Below are positions 42,101 to 56,200 of a stretch of DNA of 64,000 nucleotides, piece after piece. Each line of letters opens with the position of its first letter. Positions within the stretch are counted from its first letter, which is position 1. The notes under the pieces are model-generated. The model made no database searches. It had not been told where the DNA came from and saw only the letters and a list, made by a program, of their open reading frames with translations. The DNA lies in NCBI GenBank assembly GCA_047495785.1, contig JBLDXI010000032.1, forward strand, positions 1,240,001 through 1,304,000, given 5' to 3'. The stretch is from Lepidodermella squamata. Lineage: Eukaryota; Animalia; Gastrotricha. Position numbers and translations under genes: made by a program.

Positions 42101-45100
42101 AAACGGAACTTCAGAAAATTGCTGATGCCGAAACGCATTCAAAAGGAGACATTTGAGCTTGTCTAATTTTATTTACCAATATCAGGCTGATTATTTACGC
42201 CAATATTTGATATTATTTACGTTCGCAATGTTTCCGTAATATCGTTGTTCGACGGCAGCAAAAATATATATCGCCTATTAGCTTCCTGTATACAATAACG
42301 TATTACATTTCCTGATGTGAGCGAAACGGTGTCGCTTCGGTTTCCGTTGTCGGCATTCATTTTTCGCCTGATTATATTTAAAATATAATTAGCGCAACTT
42401 TGTTTTGGCTCCGCCGCCTAAAATGATACGCCATTTTTATTATAAATAATATTCTCAAGTAATAAGTTGTTGATGTTTCAATGCTGATTTCAGCCCCCGT
42501 GTGTCGCCCGTCATTCTCTTGCCCCAAATAATAATAATAACAATAATAATAATGCTGTTATTTTTGTTTAATATAATACTAATAATATTTGCGTATAGTA
42601 ACGATTTTTCGATGGCCTACGTGATGCCATTTAGCAAGAAAGGCTAAAGATGATGCGCGTTGATATTTAATTTCTATACATGCGCTAGCGTTTTGTTTAC
42701 AACAGGCGCCGCTCTGGATTAATAATCATATCATATCGCCAAGCCTTTTGCATCATCTCTCGATAATATTTGCCGATATATTAAGGCGGGTTCTTCGACG
42801 ACGGGTGAGGGGGGGGACTCACTGAATGACAGGCGGTAAGAAGCCGAAAATTTTCAGCCGCCGCCGCCGCCGATGACGCGTGTAAATATTGTGCGCCTAT
42901 CAACAAGATGAATCATTAGAAAACCCGGCTAAATAATATATCAAATATCAACTTTTTTATTCGAAATATGGTGAGAAATAAATAAATAATCATAATCAAA
43001 TTATAAATTCCTCGACTACCCAAAAATATTATTCCTAATTCCTTACCTAAAAAAAGATAGGATTTTATTATTTTTCTCAGCTTTTTATCGCGTCAATTCA
43101 TATTCGAAAATGAAGGCCTTTTGTTGTTGGAACGGCTCCTTATTCCTTTGTTATTATCCCCTCCCTATTATACTTACTGCTGGCAGCGAGACAAAAAAAA
43201 ATCCATGCGACTCATTATTTGGTCCGGCGACTCTTATTTATTATTTACTAAAAAGGCTGCTCCGGTCAACTGTATTATTACTGACCGCAAGCAATTTTTC
43301 TTGCCATATAAGCCTGCTCGGCCGAAAAAATCGTTATATTTATACATCGCACTTGGATATTTTTCAATTTAAAGCCTTTAGCCGGATGAAAGATTGAGTA
43401 TTGTTTTAGGCGACTTCAACTTTTTCCGCTTGATATAGTTATTATACTTTTTCCTCTTTTCGCAATTAATTCCGCACCGATTGTTCGTTTTTCGAAAGTG
43501 ATAAACAATTTAGTTTTAGGTTTAACTCAGGTGCGTGGAATACAATAAACAATTTTCAAGGTCACACGAGGCATGCCGAGCCGCCGCGTTAAGCCACTTG
43601 GCTTTAGCTTGGCATGTGACCCAGCGGCTGAAAACGTGCGTTATCGCCTCGTTTGAAATCGCGCCTCCAGCCGTTGACCCGGTCTTTACACACCTACACC
43701 GTATAATCGCTTCGCCAAATAATATAGTAAATAACCGATAACACGCGACCGCAACACGCGGCTTCCGTAGCCGGTTCCGGTTCCAACCTGAATTTCACAC
43801 GAAATCATTTTAATCTTATAAAAATTCCTCCTTAATAATATATAGTCTCACCGCTAAATTGCCGCATTGTCCATATTTTTTGCCCCCTTAATATTAGTTA
43901 TGCGTATTGATTGATGATGGGTGATGGGCTCTTCAAATTAGAATTGTGGATGGGCCATATGGTGGCACCTGTATAGTTTTATTACCCAGGTATATAGGCT
44001 CGTGAAAGCGATGAGACTTTTATTAACGAGGGCCGGGCGCTTGCTGTTGTTTGCGCAACACTCAATGATGACTCCTTTAGCCTCGGCAGTTGTAGTCGTC
44101 GTCCATAATGGCGCCATACGGCTACTGCGCTACTTTAATATGTAACCGTCGTCATTTCTGGCGATCCTATACTACTGCTATTAGGCGACTTTATATCGCA
44201 TATATAGGTAGCAGTAATAATAACAATAATCATCATCGCAAGACGATGGGCGAAAAGTGGGCGCCCGGCTCCAACAGAAGAGCGAGGCTCGCCTTGTGCG
44301 AGCGCGCGCGCGCATGTGCCTCAAGTGGGCGGAGCTTATACTTACTCGCCTCATTCGCGCACAAACAACAACACCCGAAACGAGCAGTAGTTACTCAACT
44401 CCTACTTTAGCAGCGCAAAAAACCCAACCCCAATTTTCGCCCCGTCGCTAATGACCTGTGTAGCGAGGAGGGCTCAGGTAATTTAAGACCACGTGCGAGC
44501 ACGTCAATCACCCTGTCTCACGCACGCGCACCTGGTAACAATTTTTTAACCCGTGCTAATTAGCTCGCGTCACGTTCTCTCACGACGCGACGAAGCGTTT
44601 TATTGCTTAAACAACACCTGGTTTTAAAGTTTTCGGATTCTTAAATATTTATAGGACATGGCCATGTTTAATTATTACGTTAAAACAGTTCAAGTAGCTG
44701 CCACTTTGAACAGCTTGTAATACCTTGTCATCTTCTTCTTCCTTATTATCATACTATTTGCCGTTCGTGCCTCGGAATAATTGACACTCATCGCCGTTTG
44801 AAACAAGAGAGCTAACCTCGGTGCAAAATTATACCTGCCGCGCGAGACGCCAAACGCCGCCGCGGTGTTGGTTTTAGGCGCGCGCTGGAACCCGAGGTCA
44901 AAGCTGTTGTAGTAGTAGCAATAATAATAATAGCCAGAATATTCTGTTATTATTTCGAGCAAATGATGTTGCAAAATTTTGGTTCATCGTCGCGAAACCG
45001 CGCGCGGTAAAATTTATATGCGAAAAATGCCGGGTCGCGAGTCGCTCTTGCGCGCGCGAAATAGTTTTTCGGAAAATATGTTTAACAAACACACAATGCT

Positions 45101-47231
45101 GCGAGAGTCGCCAGTTGTTTCTTTGCGCGCGCGCGCGACAACGCCGGCGCGCATCATCGTGGTCATCATCATCATAACCGGCGCATGTTTAATTATACCA
45201 ATAATATTATACCTACACCTGTGACACTATTACTCGTCATTTTTATTACTACACGACTTGCTAAATTTCAGACTGTCTGCTGTTGCTGTCAAATAAATTT
45301 TGTCTCACAACCAGTGCGAGATACGCCAAAATATTAGCCGGGAATTTTTATTTTTTTTCTCTCCCGCCTCTTCGGTGTTAGTTTTTCCCGAAAAAAAACA
45401 GGTCGACATAACAACATTTTTTAGAATTTATTATTATTACCTGTAGCCACAGGTGGGTCGGTAGTTAGATCAACAACAACCGGCACGTGTTTTATTATCG
45501 GTCTCGTCGGATTATTACCGCGTTTTTTATTGCGCGGACCCGGTGCAACGAGTCACGCCTCATATATTTTTCCGGATTATTCGTTAATTAATTCGAATTT
45601 CAATAGTAAACGTTTTTTCCCGAGGAGCTGTATCGATTTTATAGTAATTGAAATATTATAGGTATATTTTGTGTAGACAAATGTCAGCTGTGTCATCTTT
45701 GCGCACGTGCCTCAGCAAGAGGTCAAAGTGTGAACAGAAATAGGCGCTCGCCTCGCAATATTTGCGCGCAAATAATATCGAAATCGAATATGCGCATTCG
45801 CGATTAAATTGCGCGAAATATTCGCCGTTCACCCCCCTGCGCGCCTGACCTCGCCGCGGCAAACAAGCCTCGTTAATTTGTCAACTGCCGTTCGAAATTC
45901 GACGACAAGTCGCTTTACATACACAAATTGTTAATTACACACATCGCCATCGTTAACGGTAAGATATTGACTTTTTCCAGCCGAGCGTGTATGCATTAGA
46001 GTGTTTTCTCGCGCGACTTGCAACTTGATCGTAAATAACAATTATTATTATTATTAACATCGTCCCCGCCTCGTTGCTAACACGAGTGCGTTACGTTACT
46101 TGCCTTGTTTCGCGTCGCGCAAAAATATATAGCACATATTTTTTCCCCAACGCCCATCGAAATATCAGGTGCGAGAAAAATTCTGCGGTTGCGGCTCGTT
46201 AACACGCGCGCGGCGCCACTCAAAGACTTATTCGGCGGTAAAATTCCGATGCGCTCGATCGGCAATTAGCGCGTGAGCGCAGCGCGTCGCGGGTCATTGC
46301 GCGCGTAATATAAAACCACCGCGCCTGTCTGCGCGCGCGCGAATTAGCCGGTGATTATTAACAACAAATTACACTTGTTGCACCGGCTTGCGGCTTGTAA
46401 CCGTTACTAGCCGATGAGGCATAGAACATAGCCTGTAGGCGAAAAAGCAACACCACCATTACGCCAATTGGACATATGCGGCCAGATGTTGATTTATATT
46501 AAGGTGGAACGCTTACAAAATCGCCGCCTTAATAACGCGCCCTAAAGGTTAATCCGTGCGGCTGAAAATTATTAAAATTTCAGCTTATAAACCGGTGATT
46601 GATTGCAAAGCCACGACTTTTGGTCCGGGGGCGCGGGTGACTTTGATTTGATATGCAAAAGGTAATAAAATGTAACACCCTGCGGTAAACACGATCACGT
46701 GTCACGCCCGAGGCGGCGCCTTTATTCTCTTCTCATCAGATCAGATCATTTATCGCCGATGCGGCTAGCAGATCACGAACAATAAATAAAAACAAGACGC
46801 TATATTATACGCGTATAGGTAATATTAATCCTTGAGCGCACCCTGTTTAGCGCGCGCGCGCCCGGGTGCGCGGCCGTCCGACGTCTACAAGTGGCGTCGG
46901 GGTCGTTTTGTCACATCGTATCAACAGTTAGTTATGCGAATGAATAATTCCATTTACCCGGCTGCTATATCACTCAACTGGCCTTCAAACGCACCGCTAC
47001 CATACCGGTAGGTGAAAATTGGATTTATTACAGACGCTCAAAGGCGCGCGTGGTGACAAATTATGACGCGCTGCACGAGCGCGGATGTGTTGCCATTGAT
47101 AAATTTACGGGCTAAAAATGCCGCGGCTTAACGTGGCTTAACCCCCTGATGCTCTTTTATCGCTAAAATACCCCATTTTAACCGTTACCTCGTTACAAAT
47201 ATTAATCAATTATATTTTCGTATATAGGACA

Positions 47232-50123
47232 ATGATTATTTTAATAATTATTTCCGTCGTCCTATCAACTGGTCTCGGACAGGAGGCTGAAGTCGTTTCG
47301 TTACAGCCTATAACAGCGTTACATTCAATCGTTGCTCGGCAGTCAGTTTACGAGGCGAATGTTAACGGCAAATTGGCGGCGACATGCGAAGTTTGCGAGG
47401 CCCCTCAGACAAATGTTAGCGTCTATTGGGGCCGAGACGATGCGATTTCCGGCGTTCCAGCCTTCGTTATTGGCGGCAAAATCAAGTACCCGAGATGGAC
47501 TTCAGTCCCGGCTCAAGTCCTGCCTGGCGTTAGTTGCGGACCGCCCGGATCAAACGGCGTTAGATGTGAGTTATTAAAAAAAAACCGTATTTCCAAATAA
47601 TAAAACATCGAAAAATCGAATTTTCACAAAATTTTTCACGTAATTAGAGACATATACCATTAAAATCACCATTAATTACTGATTAATTTGAAATATATGT
47701 TAAAAAACTTTTTAAAATTTCGAAATTTAATGATTGCGCATTTTTTAGACGTTGTGAGCCTGCTGGCTGATAGCCTCGCAGTTGCGGATAGCGGCCGATG
47801 GTGGTGCCAATTATTACCCAACGACAAATCAGCCGATTGGCGGTTCGCATATTTCACAATTAACGTCTACGGGGCTCTTGCGCCGAGCGCCGATGTGTCA
47901 CTCAAGGCCAACGACAGCGCCCTTGTTGCCACCAACACGCCGGCGATAACTGTCATCGAGGGCTCGACGACGAAACTCGAGTGCGACATAAACGCGGCCA
48001 AGTTGAACAAACACCAGAATGCGAGTGTTACGTGGCAGATCGAGGGTGCTTCAAGCCCATTAGCCGAGGACCTGCCAGCCTTCGACTACGTCGCGGCCGT
48101 TGAACATTTCGGCAAGCAGTTACTCTGCATTATCGACTATTTAACTGCTCAAGGCAAAGCGCCGTCTATTGTCAGAAAAATTCAGCTAAACATCATTCGT
48201 ATGTTACGATTATTTCCAATTTTTTCAGTTGATTTTCGATTTTTTTTTAGTAAAACCTCGAACTTCGATTTCGGCATGGGGACCAGCGGGCATGAGTGTT
48301 TCAACGCTGGACGGCGAACATGCGACATCAAGCTCAACGACCGGCCCTACCCGGTCTGTTCTAGTCGATGAAGGTCAATCGATTGAACTTCACTGCTCAG
48401 CCTTCAATTCATTGCTACACAACTCGAGAGGTTTAACTGGAAAGGAGACGTACAAATGGTTTTCGATCGGACCTTCGAGTGATCCAGGGTCTCAGGCCAA
48501 GGAATTGCTACAAGGCGTCGGAAAACGGGTGATCACCCTGGGGCCCATGGATCGGACTCGAGACGGTGAAATCATAAGATGTGACGTCGATAATGGCTAT
48601 TTCGCAACTAGCGCCCATCTCCAATTTAGCATTCAATGTAAGTTTTCCAAAAATTCAAATTTGAAAATTAATTTGAAATTTAAAATTCTCAAAAATAATT
48701 TCTTTTTAAAATTTTAATGAATTCTGACTTAATGAGATTTATTACATTTTTGTTAAATTTTATCAAGTTTTTTTAAATTACATTTTTTAAATTTATTCAA
48801 TTCAAATTTTTTGAAAATTAATTTCAAAATTTTTAAATTATATTCAAATCTAATTTCTTTTAAAATTTTGATCTTTTTTTAATTTTAATGAATTTGGAAT
48901 TTTTGAGATTTTAAAATTTTTTTATTATAGATAAATTGGCGAATAATGCGGAGCCGGAATTTATTGGCGCCTCACTGGGTGATGTAGTCACCCTGGACTG
49001 CACCTCGGGTGACCCTGAAGCTGAGCGTTTCGTTAGCTCTTACCAATTCACATGGTTCTTCGGCCGGCTTCAAATCGTTCTACCATCTGACGGCGATAAA
49101 TCTCAACCGAAAAATCTGCTCGCCTTCCGTTTAGCCAATTCGACCCAGTTCGGAAATTACCGATGCCTAGCGCGGAATACCCGAAATAACCAACAAGCCG
49201 CTCGTAATTACTTCGTGTTAGAACGCGCGAAACCTCAAGCGTCAAGTTCAGTTCAAATGGTCGACGCTGTCCTCCGCTACTCGGCCGCTATTCGATGCTC
49301 AACCTTCGGATTGCCCCGGCCGAATTTATTCAAATGGTACCGAGACAACGCGACGGAGCCTGGCAATGAACTACTCGAAAATCCGTCGAAATTCGAGGTG
49401 CGACAAGTCAACGCAAGTTCAGCAATCACCGAGTCGATTTTAACGATTAAATACGTTACGGAGGCCGATATAGGCCGTTACATTTGCGTGGCTAGCAACG
49501 ACTACGGCCGCGTTGAATCCGCCTATCTACTCACGAGAAAGGAATCGGTCATGTTCGTCGAAATTGTCGCTGGAGCTTGCGCTGGCGCGTTTATCCTTCT
49601 GATTCTGATCGCTGTCATCCTATTCTTTAAATGCCGCCGCGTTAAGGCGGCTGAATCCGGCGCGAATTCTCTGAAATTAAGCGAAACAGCGTCGAGTGGG
49701 TCCGGGTCTTCGACGGCGAGCGACCGGCGCCGCGATTCGATAACTTCGCCTACGACCTATGAAGATAGCAGCAAATCATCGCCCGGGGTCGCGACAGTCA
49801 CGCAACAGACGCAAAATTACGCGTTGACCCTGCCGTCGCTGCCGAAATTAATGCCATCGTACCACCGCTATTCGGACTCGTTGGCCGACGCCGGTTCCGT
49901 GGTGGTACCGGCGCCGGGCGCCAACGGCCTGGTTCGCCTGTCGACGTCGGCTAATGACAATTTCGACGACTGGCTGAAGCAGAGCCGGCTGGCTACTTTC
50001 AGCCACCTTGGCGCCTACCAGCCGGCTGTTTCTTTCAGACACCCTCTACCGCCCATCCCGGCGGCGGCGAGTAGCAGCAGTCAGGTCGGCGCGGAACAGA
50101 GCCGGCTAGCTACCGATGTTTAG
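47232..50123 (+). CDS. Kirre/NEPH (KIRREL/SYG-1)-like type I membrane protein with five Ig domains
   Basis: Exons 47232-47565, 47749-48198, 48251-48637, 48931-50123. Signal peptide; five Ig domains (DSGRWWC, GKQLLC, DGEIIRC, FGNYRC, DIGRYIC); TM segment IVAGACAGAFILLILIAVILFF; C-terminal PDZ-binding LATDV, comparable to the THV ending of Kirre/NEPH proteins. Confidence 0.75.
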
Positions 50124-51083
50124 ACACCCTACTCAAATCAATGTGCCTTTAAAAATTCGACGCCTTAAAAAATTTACCCGACTTCCAATAAAAAAAAATC
50201 TACCCTTCCTTGCTTTTTCTCTTCGTTTGACATTGTCCCAAAAAAATCGACGTTTTTTTCTGTGTCTCTCGAAAAAAATTGAGTTCAGTTCTTCCGCCGA
50301 TTTCTCTCGTATTTCTCAGCATGTCGATTTATTGTATAAAAATTGGAATGATTTTTTCAGTTTCACAGCCTTAATACAAGATATCAAAATTTTTTCTATG
50401 TTCATACCGAAAAAAAATCTTCTATTGTTTTACTGTGTTTTCTACGTAGCTTTGCTCGATTTTTTTTCTCGGAATGATTATTGTCATAAACCTAAAATAT
50501 GTTTCAAGCATAGTTTCAGAGTGTAAAAATATGTGAAAAGCTTGAAAGAAATGATCGCAGGTACTCGTTCTATTTGGCTACGTAAATTCATTATACGACT
50601 CTTGCGTGTGAAAATTTCTTTATATGTGCTCGAAGGTGGAGAACAATTCTTAAAAATATTGTTGAAAAATCGGCTGTGGCTGAGTATCAATGAAGTAAAA
50701 ATTGAATAAAAATTTTGAAACATGTTGCAATTTTTTATTCATAATAATATTGATTTTTATTGTGGCGTTTCAATTCAATTCAATGACGAGAAATTAGATC
50801 TATAAAGAGAAGTTTTAATTTTGGGACAAACAAATTTTCCCCTCATTTGCGTCCCTGGAACGCAGAATTTAGTTTTGAGATTTCAACGTAGTAATTTGAT
50901 GGGGAATCCGATAAGGCACGAAATCAATCACAGAAACGAATTTCCTCGACGAGGTCACTCGAGCGTGACGCGAAACTTCTAAAAATCAAAATCTTCCGGA
51001 ATTTTCATCTCAGAGCTGGAAACGAATTTTGAAAAGTTCGAGGGCAAGAAAAGCTCAAGGTAGCTTGCTTCTCTTCTGAGGAT

Positions 51084-51229
51084 GCTGTAACTGTACACCA
51101 GAAAAAATAACCGTAATTGGGGTGATAAAAACTCGTCTTTTTGACTCCTTGTAAAATCCCCTCAATTTAGGGCCCACCGATTTTCAAAATTCATCTGAAT
51201 TAGGGTGCTTTTTCTGGTGTGGTTATAGC
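51084..51229. mobile_element. Short MITE-like foldback element
   Basis: gctgtaactgtacaccagaaaaaataaccgtaatt versus aattagggtgctttttctggtgtggttatagc form a ~35-bp imperfect inverted repeat around a ~75-bp spacer. Confidence 0.45.
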
Positions 51230-51466
51230 ACCAGACGAGCACGAGTTTCCATACTACTTCCATACTACAGCAGATATGACAAGACTCGGATTCGCATTCG
51301 GGCATTCTTGACCGGGGAGGTCAATTTATTTCAAATCTCACTCTAAAATCTAAACTTTTCAAAATCTCATAATAACATATTTGGATCATACATAAAAAGT
51401 TTCGGGACACATTTCTCCGCAATCTAATGGCATGACATATTTTACGTTCTGGGATGAAGGTTGGAG

Positions 51467-52636
51467 TTATTCGCTCACGATTTGCCTCGCGCCCTTTTTC
51501 CGCAGATATTCCACAACTTCTTTGCTCTCCCCAGATGCGATTGCAACTTGCAAAACTGATTCTCCCTTGGAGTTGACCGCATTCACATCAGCCCCAGCTT
51601 CCTCAACTAGGTACTTCACAATGTCCAAGTAGCCAGCAGCCGGAAATAAGACACTATCCTGTTTCACGATCTTCCCATTCACATCAGCTCCCTTCTGAAC
51701 CAAATACTTGACAACATCGAGACGCGCATTGAGAGCTGCCACTCCGATAGGACGTGCCCCTTCAATGTTAGCAGCGTCGATGCTAGCACCATTTTCAACA
51801 AGAATCTTGACTACATCTAAATAGCCATAAGCTGCCGCAGAATATAGAGGTGTTTTCCCGTAATCTGTCCTCGCATTGACGTCAGCTTTCACTTTAATCA
51901 AGTACTCCAGAACATCAACATGCCTCCTTTCCACAGCACTGAAAATCGCCGTTGTTCCTCCCCATTCTCTTCCAGATAGATTGGCACCTCGTTCAACCAA
52001 CAATCTTACGATGTTCACAAGTCCTGCTTGAACAGCGATTATCAATGGAGTTCGTTCCAGGAAGGTCTCTCGAGCTTCAATAGACGCTCCTCTGTCCAGG
52101 AGAAGTTTAGTGATCTCCTCGCGATCCGCTGGTTTCTCAATGCATTGAACTGCCCTGTGTAGCAGGGTGCCATTTTGAACCCTAACAATGAATATGCTGT
52201 TAACAGAGCTGCACGTCTTCCACTGGTCCTCGCCGAGTTTCCGCCAGTCGGGATTGAACTTGCCGCCGGTTACCTTATCGATCTTAGCTATGATCGATTT
52301 CGCAGTTGACGCATCCAAGTTCTCGTAATAAAGATTCTCGAAAAGGGACAAGTAGAGGGAATCAACTTCGTCGCCCTGGTTACTCTGCAAAACGGTAACT
52401 TGCTATTATTTCAGGTAAAATGATTTGTTGAGAAAGTTTTCCCGCAATCTCAATGACTCAAACATATTAGAATAAACGCATACTGGGCTTGAAGCATCAG
52501 CTTTTTCCTGAGGTTGATCCTGTGCTGTAGAAGACAAGGTTGGATTCGAAAGCCTTGTTCCACTTTTGAAGCATGCGATAGCCAAGCCAGAGAAGGCTAG
52601 CAGCACCATCCACGTGGGCATCAAATAATTCCTCAT
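51467..52636 (-). CDS. Ankyrin-repeat protein with an N-terminal signal peptide
   Basis: Exon 1 (52636-52484: MRNYLMPTWMVLLAFSGLAIA-CFK...) splices in phase 0 to exon 2 (52384-51467), which holds ~7 ankyrin repeats (GTLLHRAV, RTPLIIAV, TTAIFSAV, GKTPLYSAA, ARPIGVAA, SVLFPAA, GESVLQVAI). Confidence 0.85.
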
Positions 52637-53219
52637 TATCAGGATTTTTTAACATTTCTAAAATATGTAACCGAGTTCTGTGGTCTTGTCCATTTATTTA
52701 ATGCTGCGTAGATTGCGCAGTTGAAAATTACCATTACTTCCTGCTTTTAATCATTGCATTGAGTGCTCGACTCAAGGGTTAGGGGATTCACATTTTATAC
52801 CGTGGCCGAAATGCGTTGCAAAAATGGACTAATGAATGGAAGGTGATATGTGAAGCTATTTATTTTCAGCCTGGAACCAGCTTTCACCATTCTTTAGGGG
52901 GATGAAGAGTTTAGGTGCGAGGATTACGCAATGTTTTCTTCTCCCTTGAGAGAAAATATGGGTAGCCATGCCATATACGGCAAAAAGGTCGCTATAATAA
53001 TAATATATTTTGCGCAAATGTTGTGAAAAAAGCATTCGATTCAGCATTCGATTATATCGGCTATGGATGCGGCGCAACATACCGCCAACATGATTTTTCC
53101 CCTCAATTTGTCGAGAAATTCGACTTTTTATTTATATCACAGCAATTTTGAATGCATCAAAAATAGTTATCTCATAATCAATGGTTATCGGGGTAACGCT
53201 GCATTGGGCATTTAGGGGA

Positions 53220-56200
53220 TCACAGTACGATGGAGTTCACGAAGTAGAGGTTTAGCGCAAGAACGAATTCGAATGCCACCATACCAGCAAAAATGTCAAG
53301 TAGATTGACGAGGGATGATGAAAATCCGCGGACTAATTTGGTAGGCGTCTCATACTTGGCCTGGTTTTTCGCAACGAGACGAGACATTATGATCTGATAG
53401 AATGCGATGAAAGCAATCGTTCCCGTCAGGCCGAGGATATAACTTGCATACCGAATCTCCTGGTTCGTTGAAGGAATACTCGAGAGAACGTCCGACTGAG
53501 CAACGATAAGCGACAGCATGATGGTACAGGAAATTCCAGGTCGATCAGGAAGTGCAGGATCCATAAAGAAAGTTGCAAAGGCGAGGATTATCAATACATA
53601 ACAAGGGACTACCATATTCACGATGTAGTAGCCGGGGCTACGCTTGAATATGAACTTAACCTTGGCAAAGGATACTTGATCAGACGGTCTAATAGGACTG
53701 GTGACGTTTCCCTTCACAACCTTCATCGAATCGAAAGCCCAAACTCCGTAGGCTAGGTCTCCTTTTGCAACTACATTGAATCCACCGATTCTAATGAAAT
53801 AAGCAGATTCAGACATCAACAACGTCATCTCGCAAGTTTGCGTGTCGAATGGGAACTTGGACAGGTCAAATGCGCAACTTGCTGGAAAAATGCCAACCCT
53901 GTTCCAGTGGAAAAACAGCGTGCGGTTCGGCGCAGTTGGGTAGTAGGCAATATCCATCGACTCAGCGCAAGCCGGGTTGTTGAGGTCGAATTCCGGTGTC
54001 TTGTTAGCAAAAGCCAATGAAGGTCGCCAGAAGTCGGTCCTTCGAGTGGAAACCAGGCGCTCCCTGTCATCAGCCTTGGGAGCCGTGTAAGCTGCCTCGC
54101 ACGAGCTGACCATCCACTGCAGGAGCAGACCGCCCCACAGCGAAACCTCCTGCTCAGCTTGATCAACAGACGTCAACCTCTCAACAGTTAGTGTTCCGTA
54201 GATTTTCGTATTCGGGTCAGGCGCACGCCAGTCTGCGGCGATGCTTTTGCATGTGAGCAGATCATCGACGTCGACTGTTGGAATGTAATTGCCCCTTTCT
54301 AGCTCTGGTATAGGAAATTCGCTGTCGGACAAATCAAACGTGGGGGGTGATGGTATTGAGCTGGTCGTGGTGGATACCGTGGTTGTGGTTGGTGAACAGT
54401 CATACACGGCCAGGCTGAACAAATCAACTGTATCAGACGTTAAGCCATTTCGAGCCCCTATTCCCAACATCATAGTTTGAGTAGCCATCAAGCTGTTTAG
54501 AGAAACGGGCAATGTTCCCTTGAAAGGTCCGAAACATGTTCCATCGTCTAGACAAGCCGAAATCTATAATTGCAGAAAAATGAAGTTCAATGATTTGGTG
54601 GCAAATATTCCTACCGATAGCGATTTGCCGTTTTCCAACCGAATCTGGTATGTAACCAGATTGTTTCGAGCTGTTAGGAAGTTCAAAGCTGTGCAGATCG
54701 CAGTGGCTGTCTCGTTACAGCTCCAAGGAAACAAAGTGCCGCCCCGAGGACTAGTTGTGACACTTGAGCTCAAAGTCATCGTTAAACCATTAACTGCTAT
54801 TGCAAAGCCTATGAACTTGCTCGAATCTAAACCGAAACCATTATCTAAAAGCGATGTATAAGCACTAGTTAGTTACTGTTACGCAGCAAAGTAAATTAAT
54901 AGACTAATGTGGTAAAAATCGATAAAAATAAAAAATGAGCCTACGCTTAGTTGATGGGCGACCAATCGATTCGTTGTTCGCTAAGATGAGGGCGAATCCT
55001 TCCGACAGAGAATTGTCTACGTCTGATATACGTACCGACATCTCAATGTAAAAGTTGCTAATGCTAAATGGCTGTAGAGAGCAAAATAATCGATAGTATA
55101 TTTAAATGACGGTTGAAAAACTCACGATTTTACTCCACAAGCCGGTTTCGACATTTGTGGTGCCTTCTGACAGCAGCCGAGTCGTGTTTGCCGACAGCCC
55201 AACCGATGTCATACCACTGTGCGGGTAGTAGTCCCAATTGCCTGCTAAATCCTTCGCGTGGTTGATTAGAGACAATTGCGGCTGCAAGGTTCCGCATGGC
55301 TGAACCCTTGAAATGACACCCGTAAATGATTCAAAGCGCTAAAGCGCTAAAATACAAACCTGTTAGGCGAGAATTCTTTCGAGCAGTCGTAAACTGCAAC
55401 GCTCAAGATATCAATGGTATCAGTAATGCCACCATTGTAACCACCAATGCCCAGCATCATCTGCTGCCCTGCCCATGTAGATAGTAAGCTGTAGTTATTC
55501 GAGGCTCCCGTAAACGGGCCAATACATGATCCGTTAGACAGACAAGAGCCGAGCGAAATTTTGAAGCCGGCTTCGACTCGCAGCTGGAAAGTGACCGGCT
55601 TGTCGAGCATCCAAACCGAGACGTTAATCTTCGAATGACAAGCCACAATGTCGGCTGAATCGCACGTACTGTGCGATCTACCGCCTACGGGTGAAACGTT
55701 ACTGATCCAACCGGAGTAAGACGATGTCCATGGACTGACAAATGCTGCTAATCCGGTGGCTGAATTCCAGTCCACGCCGAAATCCATATCTCGATGAATG
55801 AAAAATGTATAAAATGTGTTCGGAGGATGATTCATAATCGCGCTTACTTGCGTTGAACCTTGTCAGTGAAGCATTCTTTGTGATAATAATTGCCAACCCA
55901 TCACCTCCTCGCGGGTCACCCGGGCTGTTGATATACTGGACTTCCATGTAAAAATTGCTGAGCGTGAACGGCTGGAAAGACATCGGATAGGAAAATTGCA
56001 GTAATAAATGACGACTGCGCTTACATTTTTCGCCCAAAGACCGGAGCTTTGCCAAGTCGATTGATCATTCAAAGCTATACGCGTCGTGTTTGCAGGGGAA
56101 TTTCCCGCGTTCAGGCCAGGCGCTTGGTAAAGGTCCCAGTAGGCGGCGCGGCCTGCTGAGTGGTCGAACAGCGAGTATTGCGGAATCAGGGTTCCACATC

